Assembly: GCA_030295235.1 (NCBI GenBank)
Contig: AP026131.1
Coordinates: 496,001 to 560,000 of the forward strand
Direction of reading: 5' to 3'
DNA length: 64,000 nt
Origin: Fistulifera solaris
Taxonomy: Eukaryota
In this document: positions 24,598 to 36,605 of the stretch, piece after piece
How the letters are laid out: the number at the start of each line of letters is the position of its first letter
Numbering within the stretch: the first letter of the stretch is position 1
Notes under the pieces: generated by a model
Databases searched by the model: none
What the model saw: only the letters and a program-made list of their open reading frames with translations
Told to the model about the DNA's origin: nothing
Translations under genes and position numbers: made by a program

Positions 24598-26020
24598 ATT
24601 ACAGAAAATCTGGGGCGGTCCAAAAATATGGGACCAGTTAGATTTCATTCGTACAGAAATTCTAAACTGGTCCAGAAAATCCGGACCAGGTGTATTTCAC
24701 TCTCACAGAAAATCTGGGAGAGTACAAAAATCAGGACCAGATCTTACAAAATTCTAGGCTGGTCCGGAAACCAGGTGTATTTCATTCTTACAGAAAATCT
24801 GTGACACTCAAGAAATTCTGGACCCATTGTATTTTGTTAATACAGATAATCTGGGCTGTTCCAGAAATTCTGGACCAGGTGTATTTCATTCATACCGAAA
24901 ATCTGGGCTGGTCCAGAAATTCTGGACCAGCGGTATTTCATTCGTAAAAATCTGGGCTGGTCCAGAAATTCTGGAGCAAGTGCATTCCAATCATACAGAA
25001 AATCTGAGCTGGTCAAGAATTTCTGGACCAGGTGTATTTCATTCGTACAGAATTTTTAGGCTGGTCCAGAAATTCTGGACCAGATGTATTTCAATCATAC
25101 AGAAAATGTGGGGTGGTCCAGAAATTCTGGACCACGTAAAATTCATTCATACCGAAAATCTGGGCTGGTCCAGAAATTCTGGACCACGTATAATTCATTC
25201 ATACCGAAAATCTGGGCTGGTCCAGAATTTCTGGACTAGGTGTATTTCATTCATACAGAAAATCTGGGCTAGTCCAGAAATTCTGGACCACGTATATTTC
25301 ATTCATACAGAAAATCTAGGCTGGTCCATCAATTCTGGACCACGTATTATTCATTCATACCGAAAATTTGGGCTGGTCCAGAAATTCTGGAGCAGGTGTA
25401 TTCCAATCATACAGAATACGGGGGTGGTCCAGAAATTCTGGACCACGTATATTTCATTCATACAGAAAATCTAGGCTGGCCCAGAAATTCTGGACCACGT
25501 ATATTTCATTCATACCGAAAATCTGGGCTGGTCCAGAAATTCTGGACCAGATGTATTTCATTCTTACAGAAAATCTGGGCTGGTCCAGAAATTCTGGACC
25601 ACGTATATTTCATTGATACAGAAAATCTGTGACACTCAAGAAATTCTGGACCCATTGTATTTTGTTAATACAGATAATCTGGGCTGTTCCAGAAATTCTG
25701 GACCAGGTGTATTTCATTCATACCGAAAATCTGGGCTGGTCCAGAAATTCTGGACCAGCGGTATTTCATTCGTAAAAATCTGGGCTGGTCCAGAAATTCT
25801 GGAGCAAGTGTATTCCAATCATACAGAAAATCTGAGCTGGTCAAGAATTTCTGGACCAGGTGTATTTCATTCGTACAGAAATTTTAGGCTGGTCCAGAAA
25901 TTCTGGACCAGATGTATTTCAATCATACAGAAAATGTGGGGTGGTCCAGAAATTCTGGACCACGTAAAATTCATTCATACCGAAAATCTGGGCTGGTCCA
26001 GAAATTCTGGACCAGATGTA
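24598..26020 (+). repeat. 52-bp minisatellite (about 27 units) with palindromic core GGTCCAGAAATTCTGGACC and an 828-bp higher-order duplication
   Basis: Consensus TACAGAAAATCTGGGCTGGTCCAGAAATTCTGGACCACGTATATTTCATTCA. The diagnostic variant GTGACACTCAAG and following units recur at 24801 and 25629. Confidence 0.96.
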
Positions 26021-26346
26021 GGTACTTCATTCGTAGCGAAATTTTGCACTTTTATTTTAAAGAAATTGGGAATAAATATTTAGGATTGTGTTAGCTAGTG
26101 GCCAGGTTTATTATTTAACGACGACGACTCAATTTTGATTCAGTCCCGGAAAGCCGACCCTTTGCCCTTTGCGCTTGCTTTTTACGGATCGCATTTTTTG
26201 CGACAAAAAAAGCAACGCCGTTTTCGTTTTTCAAGTGATCATCCCCCCATCACATGATCTCCGTACAAAAGTCCCTCTTGAAGTAAATAAATGTAACTGA
26301 ATGCTCATTTGTGGTGCGGTCCGCTGTTTTCAAATCCGAAAGTAAA

Positions 26347-27404
26347 ATGTCAATAGTCCGTACGACCTTGCAAGGAAAACGAGTTCTTTCCTACAGAGGG
26401 AAGAGACGATTGCAGAGGAACGCTGATCTGCTTTCGATTGGTTTCCTATCGCTCTTTCTCTTAATAGTCTTATGGATAACGACAAAGGCTATTTATAACG
26501 TCTCTTTCCAGCAGAAAAGGTCAGATGTCTTATTTTTACAAAAGGAAAGCCTACCGTTTCCTCAAGTTCCTGTCGATATTTTTCCGTTGTCATTGCCAGA
26601 TGTAACACCCCCTCTTTTCACCAAAACTTTTTCCCCATCTTGTCTACCCGACAACAGCTTGCAACTGGAAAAGACGCGACAAACGACTGCCAGATACCCG
26701 AGGATGAATACAGAAATGTCGTTCGAATACTGACGACGCCCACTGTGACCGGTCAAGCGGCGGCGCACCTGCTGGAGGAGTTTCTCCAGTATGATCCGCG
26801 TTGGGAGCTCAATACTCGAACATTTGCCTCACGCTATCTTCCGGAAGGATGGATTGTGCATGTGGCAGTGCTCCCACCTCTCTTGGAAGCTATGGATTTG
26901 CTTCTTCATGTGCAGACAAAAGAAGAAGAGATGGAACGAGCATGGTTACAAGCCATCGAGTATACTATTCAGCGAGTACTGCAACATCATTGTGAATTCT
27001 CTTCGACGGTATCACAAAGCAAGAGAGCATTCATGTCTGTTAGCCTCAATGAGGTGGTTGGTTTTCCATCGGCTGCTATAAAATCGTTGTACGAGTTTCT
27101 GGAAATTCAAGAGAAGGTGCACAGCGTCTCTTCTTCAGCAGCTGCACTGACTGTTATCGAACGAATTCAGCATGTTATCACGTGGTTTGAAACAAACGCA
27201 AAGACTTTGGATTATCGAGAATGGAATAGTAGGGTGCAGCATGTCATCGAAGCCAGCACTCGTCACGTCTCAGAATCAACCAACTGCAACTTCGTCGCAA
27301 TGCCTCCGAACGATCTGGCGAAACGAGTTGATTCTGCCTTGCTGGGAACTTTCGATTGCGAACAGTACCCTTCTATAGGACTCTGTCATCCCATGCAAAG
27401 CTAA
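26347..27404 (+). CDS. Uncharacterised type II membrane protein; one missing A at about 26668-26671
   Basis: Basic N-terminus, TM LLSIGFLSLFLLIVLWIT and Pro-rich stem; adding one A joins CLPDNSLQLE-KDATNDCQIPEDEY to the 254-aa ORF. Confidence 0.65.
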
Positions 27405-27527
27405 CATTATACGACAAGGATATTCAACATAAGGGTAAGCGACTGCCTTGCCGACGACGCTGCACCGGTTGCGCTCAAAGTATTCAGATAAATGTATAAA
27501 TTCAAAAGAAATTTAATCCATGTGCTA

Positions 27528-29213
27528 CTATTCACTAGCCGTGCGTTGTTCGAGCTCGAAAACTTGTTTGGTTTCTCGGAGAAAGGCGACTACTTCAAAT
27601 ATTTCCGGGCGCATCTCCGGTGTTTGGTGCCACATCCGTTCCATGATCTCCACAAGTCGACGTTCCACATAGCTATGCGTTCGGTATCTGGGGTCTACAT
27701 AGGGCCTTTCTCCTGCTTTGACTTTGGTGTTGATTGTGGTGTAGCGACTGTACTCATAAAATGGCCACAGGCCGGTGAGCAAGGTGTAAATGTTGTTTCC
27801 CATCGCGTACACATCAATTTTCTCATCCTGTGGGGTCCCAAAGAATTCTTCTGGTGCTCGATACTGCAGAAAAGGATATCGTGAGTGTCGAGCGTGCTCC
27901 GCTTGCAACAACAAAACAATTCTACCACTCACCATACCGCCCCACTTTCCGCGCTTCAGTTTGCAGAATTCATTTGTTTCGACATTCCAGTCCATCAAAT
28001 CTGCATTGTTGAAATCATTGAGTTTAACCGTTCCCTGCATAGACCATAACCATTGAACTGGGTGAATGTCGCCGTTCACCATGACCCCGCCTTCAAATCC
28101 GTGCATGTCGGCAATCGATTCCGCCATGGCCAACGCAATGTCAATTTTCTCTTGCAAAGTAAAGTTATTGTTACAAGGTACCTCTGGAAGGGCATTAAGT
28201 GCCCTTTCGTCGTCATGCCCTGAGTTTGGAATGATCTGATTGGAGATTTCGGCCGCCATTAACTCTGACAATATACTGGTTCCGCAGTGACCGTAAATAT
28301 TAACAATGCGCGGTGAAGCGGACAATCGTTCCATAATGATAGCTTCTCTCTGAATCTTAAATAAAGATTCTACGTGAACCAAGTGCGGCCAATCATCGTC
28401 ATCGTGCGGTAGTTTCAACTGTTTGAAAACAAAGTAAGTCTCGTTGCCTTTGTTTGGGGAATGATCCAGCATTTTCCACGCCGCTCGATAGTACCCCTTG
28501 CTGCGAGAAAAAGTCAATAGAGCGCTATCATTAGGAAATTGCAGCACAACAGAAGCTGCTCCTTAGCCAAGCGCGCCAACTTACCCCAATAGTTTATCGT
28601 TACCCCAGTCTCGTTGCAATTCATGAAATTTATTGCAAACAGGAAATATCTTGTTTTTCCAGTTCGTGGGCTGACAAGAGTGATATTCTTCAATGTGCTC
28701 ATCAAAGCCAGAAGCCCAATTCTCATCATCTTCATCAATGTCGTACAAAAAGCGCCGTCTCTCCTTGTTGTAATGATCTTCGTCATTTTGGTGAATCCGT
28801 CGACGAAAAGCGATGCGCTGTCCTTCAGGATATTGTTCCTCCCATGATCGATATGGGTTAATGTCACCTCTATCAGGAGTTCTGTACGTATAGCGGCTTC
28901 GTGGCATTGCAAAGCCAGATGAAGATTTGTCAAGATTCGGGAAAAGCAACTGAACGGTGTTTGTAGAACTCGTTCGTCTTCGAAGTGTAAAGCCAAGTGA
29001 ACCTCCGTTCACCCAAAGTAGCACAAGTATAACGGATGCCAGCACGAGAACGAATTGCGGCGTATTCTTTTTGAAATGACGCAATGACAATCGTCGTTTT
29101 GATTTCCTCTGGTGTTTGCTATTATCGTCATCCTCGACTGGCGTTGCGATAGAATTCATCGACGAAGGACTCGGCGCACTTCGTTCTTGCGGATTGCGTT
29201 TACGTTGTATCAT
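27528..29213 (-). CDS. Type II membrane secretory-pathway protein kinase (PKDCC/POMK-like); introns 28501-28584 and 27864-27932
   Basis: N-terminal TM; spliced LLG-KGYYRAAW Gly loop; VFKQL; REAIIMERL; IYGHCG; catalytic GDIHPVQWL; KLNDFNN; GGM-YRAPEEF; KIDVYAMGN. Confidence 0.88.
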
Positions 29214-29363
29214 ATTGGGGTCAGCCGTATGGTTTATTATTACGATTCTTTATGTTTTGCTATTCAAAAGCGAGATGAATCTCTCGATGTTTCTTCACAA
29301 CAAAATCTTCATCCGTTGCGTTTTCGTCTTTGCTTTGGTTTCTCGTCCTTTTTCCTTACTATC

Positions 29364-29691
29364 TATCGCCTTGCAAAATTCTACGGATTTTACTTAGCAA
29401 AACGACATAAAAGGTATTGGATTGTAATTAGCAATTCAAAACCACTTTTTACTCTAGTCTTTTGTGTAGACTGGTATCCATAAAGGGAGTGTAATTTTCA
29501 TAAATTTATTAAGGTTACTAGGCTTAAAAGTTGGATAACCTTAATGAGATCAGATGTCTCATGCGCCCCCTTATGGATGTGACTGCACATAAATAGCTAT
29601 AGTTAAATTGTGGTTTTGGTTTATTAATTACAGTCCATCACTTTTGATGTCGTTTCGCTAAGTAAAATCCGTAGAATTTTGCAAGGCGATA
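29364..29691. mobile_element. Fold-back MITE (about 325 bp) with long TIRs and probable TA target duplication
   Basis: TCGCCTTGCAAAATTCTACGGATTTTACTTAGC... (from 29366) is the reverse complement of ...GCTAAGTAAAATCCGTAGAATTTTGCAAGGCGA (to 29689). Imperfect pairing continues inward to ATTAAGGTTA/TAACCTTAAT. TA flanks both ends. Confidence 0.88.
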
Positions 29692-31252
29692 GCAAGGCAA
29701 AAATGCAAAAAAACTTACTCGACAACAAAAAACGGATAGACGAGTTGCGTGAGATGTGAGATCACTATTCTATGATTCATTCATAATTACTTCGTCGACG
29801 TCGACTCCTCATTCGTTTCCCTTGTAACGGACGAAAGACAAAAATGTATCTTTTTCTTATTATTGTTACATTGAGCACCAGAACGTGCATTGCGCCGCTC
29901 GACAGTGTCGTGCGGACTGGATGCGGGCAAAGAAGAATCTTCCGCGAATATCTGCCTCCGTTTCTTAGCGCTTGTTTATCAGATGGAGACTAGTATATTT
30001 TCAAGCAAGGCGAAATCACCGACTGGGATTGTTGGGGGTCTAAACTACGCTCGACACTATGCACTTGCAACTTCTGTCGATTTAAATTTTCGATTTCGAT
30101 GCTTGCGATCAACAGCATCTCCGCCGCCACAGACTCGACTGCACCTGGCGAGGGCATCCGGTTGTTTTATACAAGAAGGAAAATTTTTCGGACAAGCAGC
30201 CTGTGTTACTGAACGTTTCGGGAGTGGTTCTCTACGTCACAAACTGGTGTGTGTCGACTAGGCTCCAACGGGCGATGCCCAGGCAATCACTCGGCACTTT
30301 TCTACCATCTGTACGCCATTGAAATAATTAGACAAGGGGCTGGTCCATTTGTTGTTAAGACGGCATGTTCATCAGTGAGCGAGGGTTGTGCTGAACAAAC
30401 TATGACATTTATACAAGCAGAACTTCTGGCGCCGCAGAAACGGCATTTGAGATTCTGTCGGGGTTTCGTGCATCGTTGTGACGCTCTGACACCCGAACGT
30501 CCCAGCTTTGATTTCAACTCCAGTTGGTGACTTTTCTTCTCGGTGAAATGGGCGTTGCTGACGGGGCCATTCCCACTGCCTTCGGTCGATGGGCGTTTGA
30601 TTCAAGATGCGCGAATACTGAATGGTCCCCTCCAATAACTATGTCAGAGACCAACAGCGACGCGACGGAGAAAGACTCGCAGTTCAACAATGCTTTTACG
30701 CATTCAATGTCCGGTGTTGCGCGCATTTAGGGCGGAAGACCCGTGGCGTACGCCCACTATTGCGCAACAGCTTTTCACCGGCTTACCAGCAGAGACTACA
30801 ACTCAATGCGTCAAACAATGAACCCTAAGCAGCTGCAACGATCTTTTTAAATCCAGAAGTACCATTGAGGAAATTGGAGATGAAGGAACGATGTGGTGCC
30901 ACACGAGTGACAAAGAAAATTACAAGCTCTCCTTCGACCTGGATCGACCAACAAGTAATATATCGAAATTCTTTACACTAAGCTTCTATGTCAGTTTGAT
31001 GCCAACATGATGGTTTTCTTTTCTTTGACCTTAGATACTGTTTCATACTTGCCTAGCAGAGTCCCGAGAAATGCTCATACCTCTGTATGACGCCACACTT
31101 TTCGGACAAGCACTGTCCGCGAGAGAGTAGCTGTTTTTGAATTTCTCCGAAGAAGTCGAATGAAGCCGCCGAAGCACCGAAACCAAAACATCAAAAGCCT
31201 TCCATTTCAATATTTTCTCATTTTTTTACAACATAATCAATCAACAAGCACA

Positions 31253-32038
31253 ATGAAGTTAAACGCCGACTTTCAAGCCTTCGCGGCTACACATTTCAAT
31301 GCCAACCAATATGTGGCATCGCCAGCGTACGGCGTCAATCGGTTCTTGTTGGATCGGATCGGCGACGAGAAAGCTCGAGCCACTACCATTGTTGAATACA
31401 AACCAAACTCTAAGTTCCCAGAACATCAGCACATTGGAGGGGAGGAATTCTTAGTCTTAAAAGGTACATTTCATGACCAATTTGGGTCGTTCCCCGCGGG
31501 CACCTACGTGCGCAACCCAGTCGACAGCGTTCACGCGCCGTGGGTCGAAGACGATGGCTGTACCATTTTTGTGAAATTGCTACAAATGGCGGAAGAGACC
31601 GAAAAGGACGCGAAACCCTTATATGTGAACTGGGAAGAAGCCAAATGCAGCTCGAAAGCACAGAATACGGCCTTCGGAGTGCAAGTGCAAATGTATCACA
31701 ATGCTCAGACGGGTGAACGGGTACACATGTGCTGGATTGACGCTGGAAAGGAACTGACTATCGAGGAAGATTGGTGTTGCGGTGGTGAAGAGTTATTTGT
31801 CATATCTGGATCAATACTTGCTTCCAAACACGGTCGGGGAGATAACGAACAAGATGAATATCACGAATGGGGCTGGTTGCGATATCCACCTGGTGCACGT
31901 CGTCCGACAGTCACGGCAGGTAGACAAGGGGCGGTACTTTATCGGAAAACAGGGCATTTGACGTCCAAGGCTTTGTCACTTGAGAAAATACAAATCGACC
32001 CAGAGAGTGAAAAAGTCATCGTCCCTAATGACCATTGA
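31253..32038 (+). CDS. ChrR-like double cupin protein, intronless and bacterial-like
   Basis: MKLNADF...SP..GV.R..LDRIGDEKARATTIVEY.P.S.FP.H.H.GGEE..VL.G.F.D..G.FPAGTYVRNP..S.HAP....GCTIFVKL is the proteobacterial ChrR-like cupin pattern. A second cupin has GGEELFVISG and WLRYP. Confidence 0.88.
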   Translation: MKLNADFQAFAATHFNANQYVASPAYGVNRFLLDRIGDEKARATTIVEYKPNSKFPEHQHIGGEEFLVLKGTFHDQFGSFPAGTYVRNPVDSVHAPWVEDDGCTIFVKLLQMAEETEKDAKPLYVNWEEAKCSSKAQNTAFGVQVQMYHNAQTGERVHMCWIDAGKELTIEEDWCCGGEELFVISGSILASKHGRGDNEQDEYHEWGWLRYPPGARRPTVTAGRQGAVLYRKTGHLTSKALSLEKIQIDPESEKVIVPNDH

Positions 32039-32495
32039 AACTGTTCCAGACAAATTAAAAGGAACGTTTTAAACTGATCAGATCGATATCGACTGTATAT
32101 TTTGTTAATTTATCGTAGAGTAGATTTCATGTTTGCAACTAAAGTGGTGTGGGGTGAAGCTGGCGTGTCACCAAGCGAATAAATGGTTCGGCCCATCTAA
32201 TTCTATCGTGAATTATCGTGAATCAAAAGTATCCTACAATTTTACCATAGTAGGGAGTACCGGATACAGTCACAGTAATATCTATTGTAGTCTCGTTTCT
32301 GACCGTTGTGAATGATTTTTCGATGCGGTCCTCAACGCCATCTACACTGCGACATGTCGCCAAATACATTGTTTCGAACGTTGAGCTCACATTTTTGGTG
32401 CTCACAATCAAATTTCGCCTTTTGTGTCGATCGCTGCACGATCCTCTTCATTACACTCGCTTCACACGTTCAACATCGACAAAAGAAACGCTACC

Positions 32496-34883
32496 ATGCC
32501 GAAGTTTAGAAACATACCGTTACGAGAAGGGAAGAAGCTCTATCCGAATGTCTTAGACGACGACTCGATCGTTGGACCGGAAAGCTCGACAGGGAGCATC
32601 TTTACGGGCTCTGCCATGTCGAGCACAGTGCAAAACCCAAAGTTCTCTAGCAAGAACCGACTTTTGGGAAGAAACGATGAATTCAGTGTTGACGCTTCGG
32701 AGGAGGAGTCGGTCGATTCGGACAAGCCAGTAAAACACAACTCAAAGGTGCAAACAGAAACGAAATTTGCTCGAGAGGAAGACTCAATTGGATTCTCTGT
32801 AGACTCCTTTGGGATCCCCGTTATGAAAATGGGCAGAGTAAGACAGCGTGGAGCAATGATTGGCGGCTTGCCAGTGGATGACTCTCACGCAGAACAGCAA
32901 ACTGCGAAGGATTCAGAAGAATACGATCTAGAAACAGGTTCCGAGTATCCTCCTGCGCCTCCAAAATCCTTGTGGCAGCGACGAAGCGATGAAGATGAAA
33001 TGCCCGCTCAGTCGCAGCGCCGACGGGACTCCGGTACTTCTAAGCCGCCGCGCCAAGTTTCCACGGTGTGGATCATTATGGGCGTCGCCACTATCCTAGT
33101 TATTGGAGCAGTGGTTGCTGTGGCAATCGCGGTTTTTGGAGGTGACAACAGCAATGAAAGTGAGCAAGTCCCTGTTGTCTTAACCCAGCGACAGCAGAGG
33201 CTGAAGGAGATAGTAGCTACTGTTTCCGGTGCTACTGTCATCGAAGATCAATCAACTCCACAAGGAAAAGCAACCAACTGGCTCTTATTTGACGACCAAT
33301 TGTGGTTGATCCCAGGACAGGGGACGTCAGATGAACGCGTCATTCAAAGATATGCTCTAGCTGTCTTCTTCTTTGCCACTGGTGAGTCGGCAGCTTTAAG
33401 AGAAGGAGGTTGGCTTAGCGGAGAAGAATGTGCAGCTAAACCCTGGACGGGCTTGAATTGTTATCCGAACGAGCATCTTGTTCGTAGCCTAGCAATTGGT
33501 AAGTTCATTTTCCACGCTTGTTTTTATTACATATCCTAGAGCTAAACTCTTACCGCTTTGATCGTAGATCGCAAGAATCTCAAGGGCACTATTCCAGATG
33601 AAATTGGCCATTTAAACAAGATGCAAAATTTTATCATCAAGAACAACGAAGGTATCACCGGAACCATTCCTAAAACAATTGGTAATTTGAAGGAACTCAG
33701 ACAAATAGGAATCTACTTCTGTAAGCTTGAAGGATCCATCCCCGAGGAACTTTTTGCGGCGACGAAACTCGAGTACATCAATTTTCAAAACAACAGTCTC
33801 GCTGGGAACCTTCCCACGAAAATTGGAGAACTAAAATCCCTTCATACGCTCGTGCTGAACACCAATAAAATTGAGGGACAGGTACCATTCGATGCGATGG
33901 TAGGTTCGTCACTAAAGTTTTTGGGGCTGAGCGAAAATGCTTTGGCGGGAAGTATAGGCGAAGCAGTTGGAGAGCTCAGCAGCTTGGAATATCTATATCT
34001 CGAGCGAAATAAGTTTGAGGGTACAATCCCATCATCCGTGGGCGGCATCACGACGTTGAAATCTCTGAGTCTCGACCACAACAGTTTCTCTGGAGGTCTA
34101 CCTACCAGTCTTCAAAATCTTGAACAGCTCGAATACTTTTCTGCGCAATCGAATTCTCTAGAAGGACCTATTCCTGAAATAGTTGGCTCTATGAAGGCAT
34201 TGAAAACACTCAACCTAGATTCGAATGCCTTTACAGGAAGTGTGCCAGACCTGACAAGCTTAGTCAATCTCCGGCATCTACTCCTTTCACGGAACAGCCT
34301 AAAAGGCCCGATTCCTAGTGCGTTGACCCATCTAGAAATGTTAGGTACGTTGACAGCAGCGCAAATCACAGTCACCTTTGCTTATCATCCACATCACTCA
34401 CGTTTTTCTTCCTTTGCGCCATTCAGAGACTGTCTTTTTGAGCTCGAACGAATTTACCGGTTCAATACCAGAGTTTAGCGGCACGCACCAGATCCGCGGG
34501 CTATATTTTTCTGATAACAAGTTAAGCGGTACAATCTCTCAAAGCATCTGCACTTTGACAAGCTTGGAAGCAATATTCTTGGATGAAAATCAATTGGAGG
34601 AGGCATCCCCGATTGCATCGGGAACCTGAGTAAACTACAGCAGCTCCATCTGTTCAACAACAATCTATCTGGCGAGATCCCCGTCGATGCTATGACTGCA
34701 TTACGTGAATTGGATAGCCTCGGCCTAGAAAACAATAGCGGTCTGCAAGGAGATATTCCGGAAGACTTTTGCGACAAATCTTCCACACCGATCGAGATTT
34801 GGGCTGACTGCGGCGGAGGCGCGTCGGCTGCCGTCTCGTGCCCCTGTTGTTCCGTGTGCTGCCCATCAGATGAGTGTATCTAA
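32496..34883 (+). CDS. Type II membrane LRR protein (diatom LRR family); introns 33499-33567 and 34345-34426; one missing G at about 34599
   Basis: Disordered N-terminus, TM WIIMGVATILVIGAVVAVAIAVF, STPQGKATNWL..QRYALAVFFFAT cap, many LxxNxxxGxIP repeats and C-terminal WADC...CPCCSVCC cap. Confidence 0.9.
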
Positions 34884-35146
34884 GATCGGATAAAGTATTG
34901 TTCCATTAGCACTTCGCGGTTCTATAGTGCGATCCTGATCCTCTACTGCCCTCTGTCGTGAGCAGGTCGAAATAAAGTCAACAGGTGAAGGCTCGTAATC
35001 GTGCCAAATACTCATTCGCTCATTCGACACAACTTCTCCAGCCCTACATAACGTGCGTGGATATAAAATACGTGTAAACATTTCTTGGTTGATGTAGCCT
35101 ATGGAACTTATGATTATCATGCATACCAACGACCTTATGTAAGCCA

Positions 35147-35344
35147 TCAAATTGGAAACAAGCTACTTGCGATCATTATTTCTTCCCATTCCTCTTCAGA
35201 CCACGCCTGAGGGACTTCTTCCACTTTCGAGGTAGCGGCAACTGCAGCAGGCTGACTCGTAACTTGCTTTTGCGCCGTGGCGGCTTTGAGAGGTGGTCTT
35301 CTGAGAAAGACACTTTGGATGCGCTTGAAGGTGCTACGAATCAT
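35147..35344 (-). CDS. Candidate 65-aa small protein with a mitochondrial-presequence-like N-terminus
   Basis: MIRSTFKRIQSVFLRRPPLK...WSEEEWEEIMIASSLFPI*; composition only, no recognised homology. Confidence 0.45.
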   Translation of the reverse strand: MIRSTFKRIQSVFLRRPPLKAATAQKQVTSQPAAVAATSKVEEVPQAWSEEEWEEIMIASSLFPI

Positions 35345-35771
35345 AACTGCCTTTTGTGTAAGTACGGAGCTCTTAATCGACTGAAAGGAAAGCGTAGTGT
35401 GTGTTTGTATTCTCTTTGGTAAATATTTTATGATGAATGATGGACGAGTAGAGTTTAGCTTGACACCTTCCGACAAAATGCGAACCGATTGTATTCTTTC
35501 ACGAATGAGCTGGACTTGTTAAGGTCCTCACGATTTCGACCTCAACCAAGTTCAATGAGAGTCATTTCAACCACTTTTAGGCCGCTATAGATGATTCTAT
35601 TAAAGTAAATAGTGAATGCATGTGCTGTTGCTGATGATGTCTATCACATTCTTCGTTACCATTATTTCTCATGTGGTTAAGGCGAGCTATTTACAATTTG
35701 AAAAGCTCGCCGCCTAATGCTATGTTCAACGTGGGGACTGCTGAAAAGAGAAGTTCAAGAGCGGCTTTGAG

Positions 35772-35945
35772 CTATTTCATTGGACTCGCCTCGCTTGGTT
35801 TCTGTTGATTTTTCGGACGTTGCTGGTCATGAGCATGCTGGTTTGGTCGGTGTGGATGATGCTCTCGCCACCAACGACCCAGCTCCTGCATGCCATACGA
35901 TGTAGGATAGTGTTGCATAGGAATGACACCAGAAAGGTACACCAT
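35772..35945 (-). CDS. Candidate 57-aa micropeptide (below the ORF-track cut-off)
   Basis: MVYLSGVIPMQHYPTSYGMQELGRWWREHHPHRPNQHAHDQQRPKNQQKPSEASPMK*; strong CAAAA-ATG-G context after a CA-rich leader. Confidence 0.5.
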   Translation of the reverse strand: MVYLSGVIPMQHYPTSYGMQELGRWWREHHPHRPNQHAHDQQRPKNQQKPSEASPMK

Positions 35946-36605
35946 TTTTGTTTTTCTTCTTGTGTGAAATCGATTGTTGTTGATCGTTTGTTGATTTTAT
36001 GAGAGAAAAATGATTGTTGTGTGTGTGTCAACGTGAAATGATGTGAAAGGGTTTTTCGTTGACATGTGGGAGGTGGGAGGGGCGGAGAACGGAGAACGAG
36101 AACGTGAAAAGGGTTCGGTTTCTGTTACTACTTTTTTAGGTCATAGGCACGACACGAAAAAGAACGTTCATGTTCTTCATTTTCTCGTCCGCAACCCGAA
36201 CCCCCGAACAAGTTCGCTAAAAAACCTTATCAAGCTATCCAAATCCAAGCCCGTAAACTTGGACCATCAAAGCCTTAGACCAAAGTCGACAAGCAACAGT
36301 AGGGTCGATTGCAACCGAATGCAATGCACTGTATGAATGAGATGCAAAAAGGACCGCAACTGCTTTGAACTACTATAAAGTCTTTCGCTAACAAGGGCAA
36401 GGGGCTCCAATTTCAAGCCGTCAGATGGGCGCTTCTCTAGAGTCTTGAGTGTCCTTCGACTGACTCGACATTCGAGGCCGCCCTTGTAACTAAAGTCCAA
36501 GAATTAAGATTACTTTCCTATAAAAAACTAATAATACTTATGTAAAATTGTCGAAAGTATAGATCCAATCTGATCAGAAGGCTTCAGCAGATGTTCCCCA
36601 TGATA

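Noticed and set aside
24598..26020. CRISPR-like appearance of the 52-bp arrays (palindromic constant core, variable linker); also 42253-43520
   Set aside because: Linkers are point-mutated versions of each other with higher-order duplications, not unique spacers. The context is eukaryotic and there are no cas genes.
24690..26094. ORFs of up to 215 aa inside the 52-bp arrays (and 42168-43522)
   Set aside because: The period is not a multiple of 3, so the translations cycle through frames; no coding signal.
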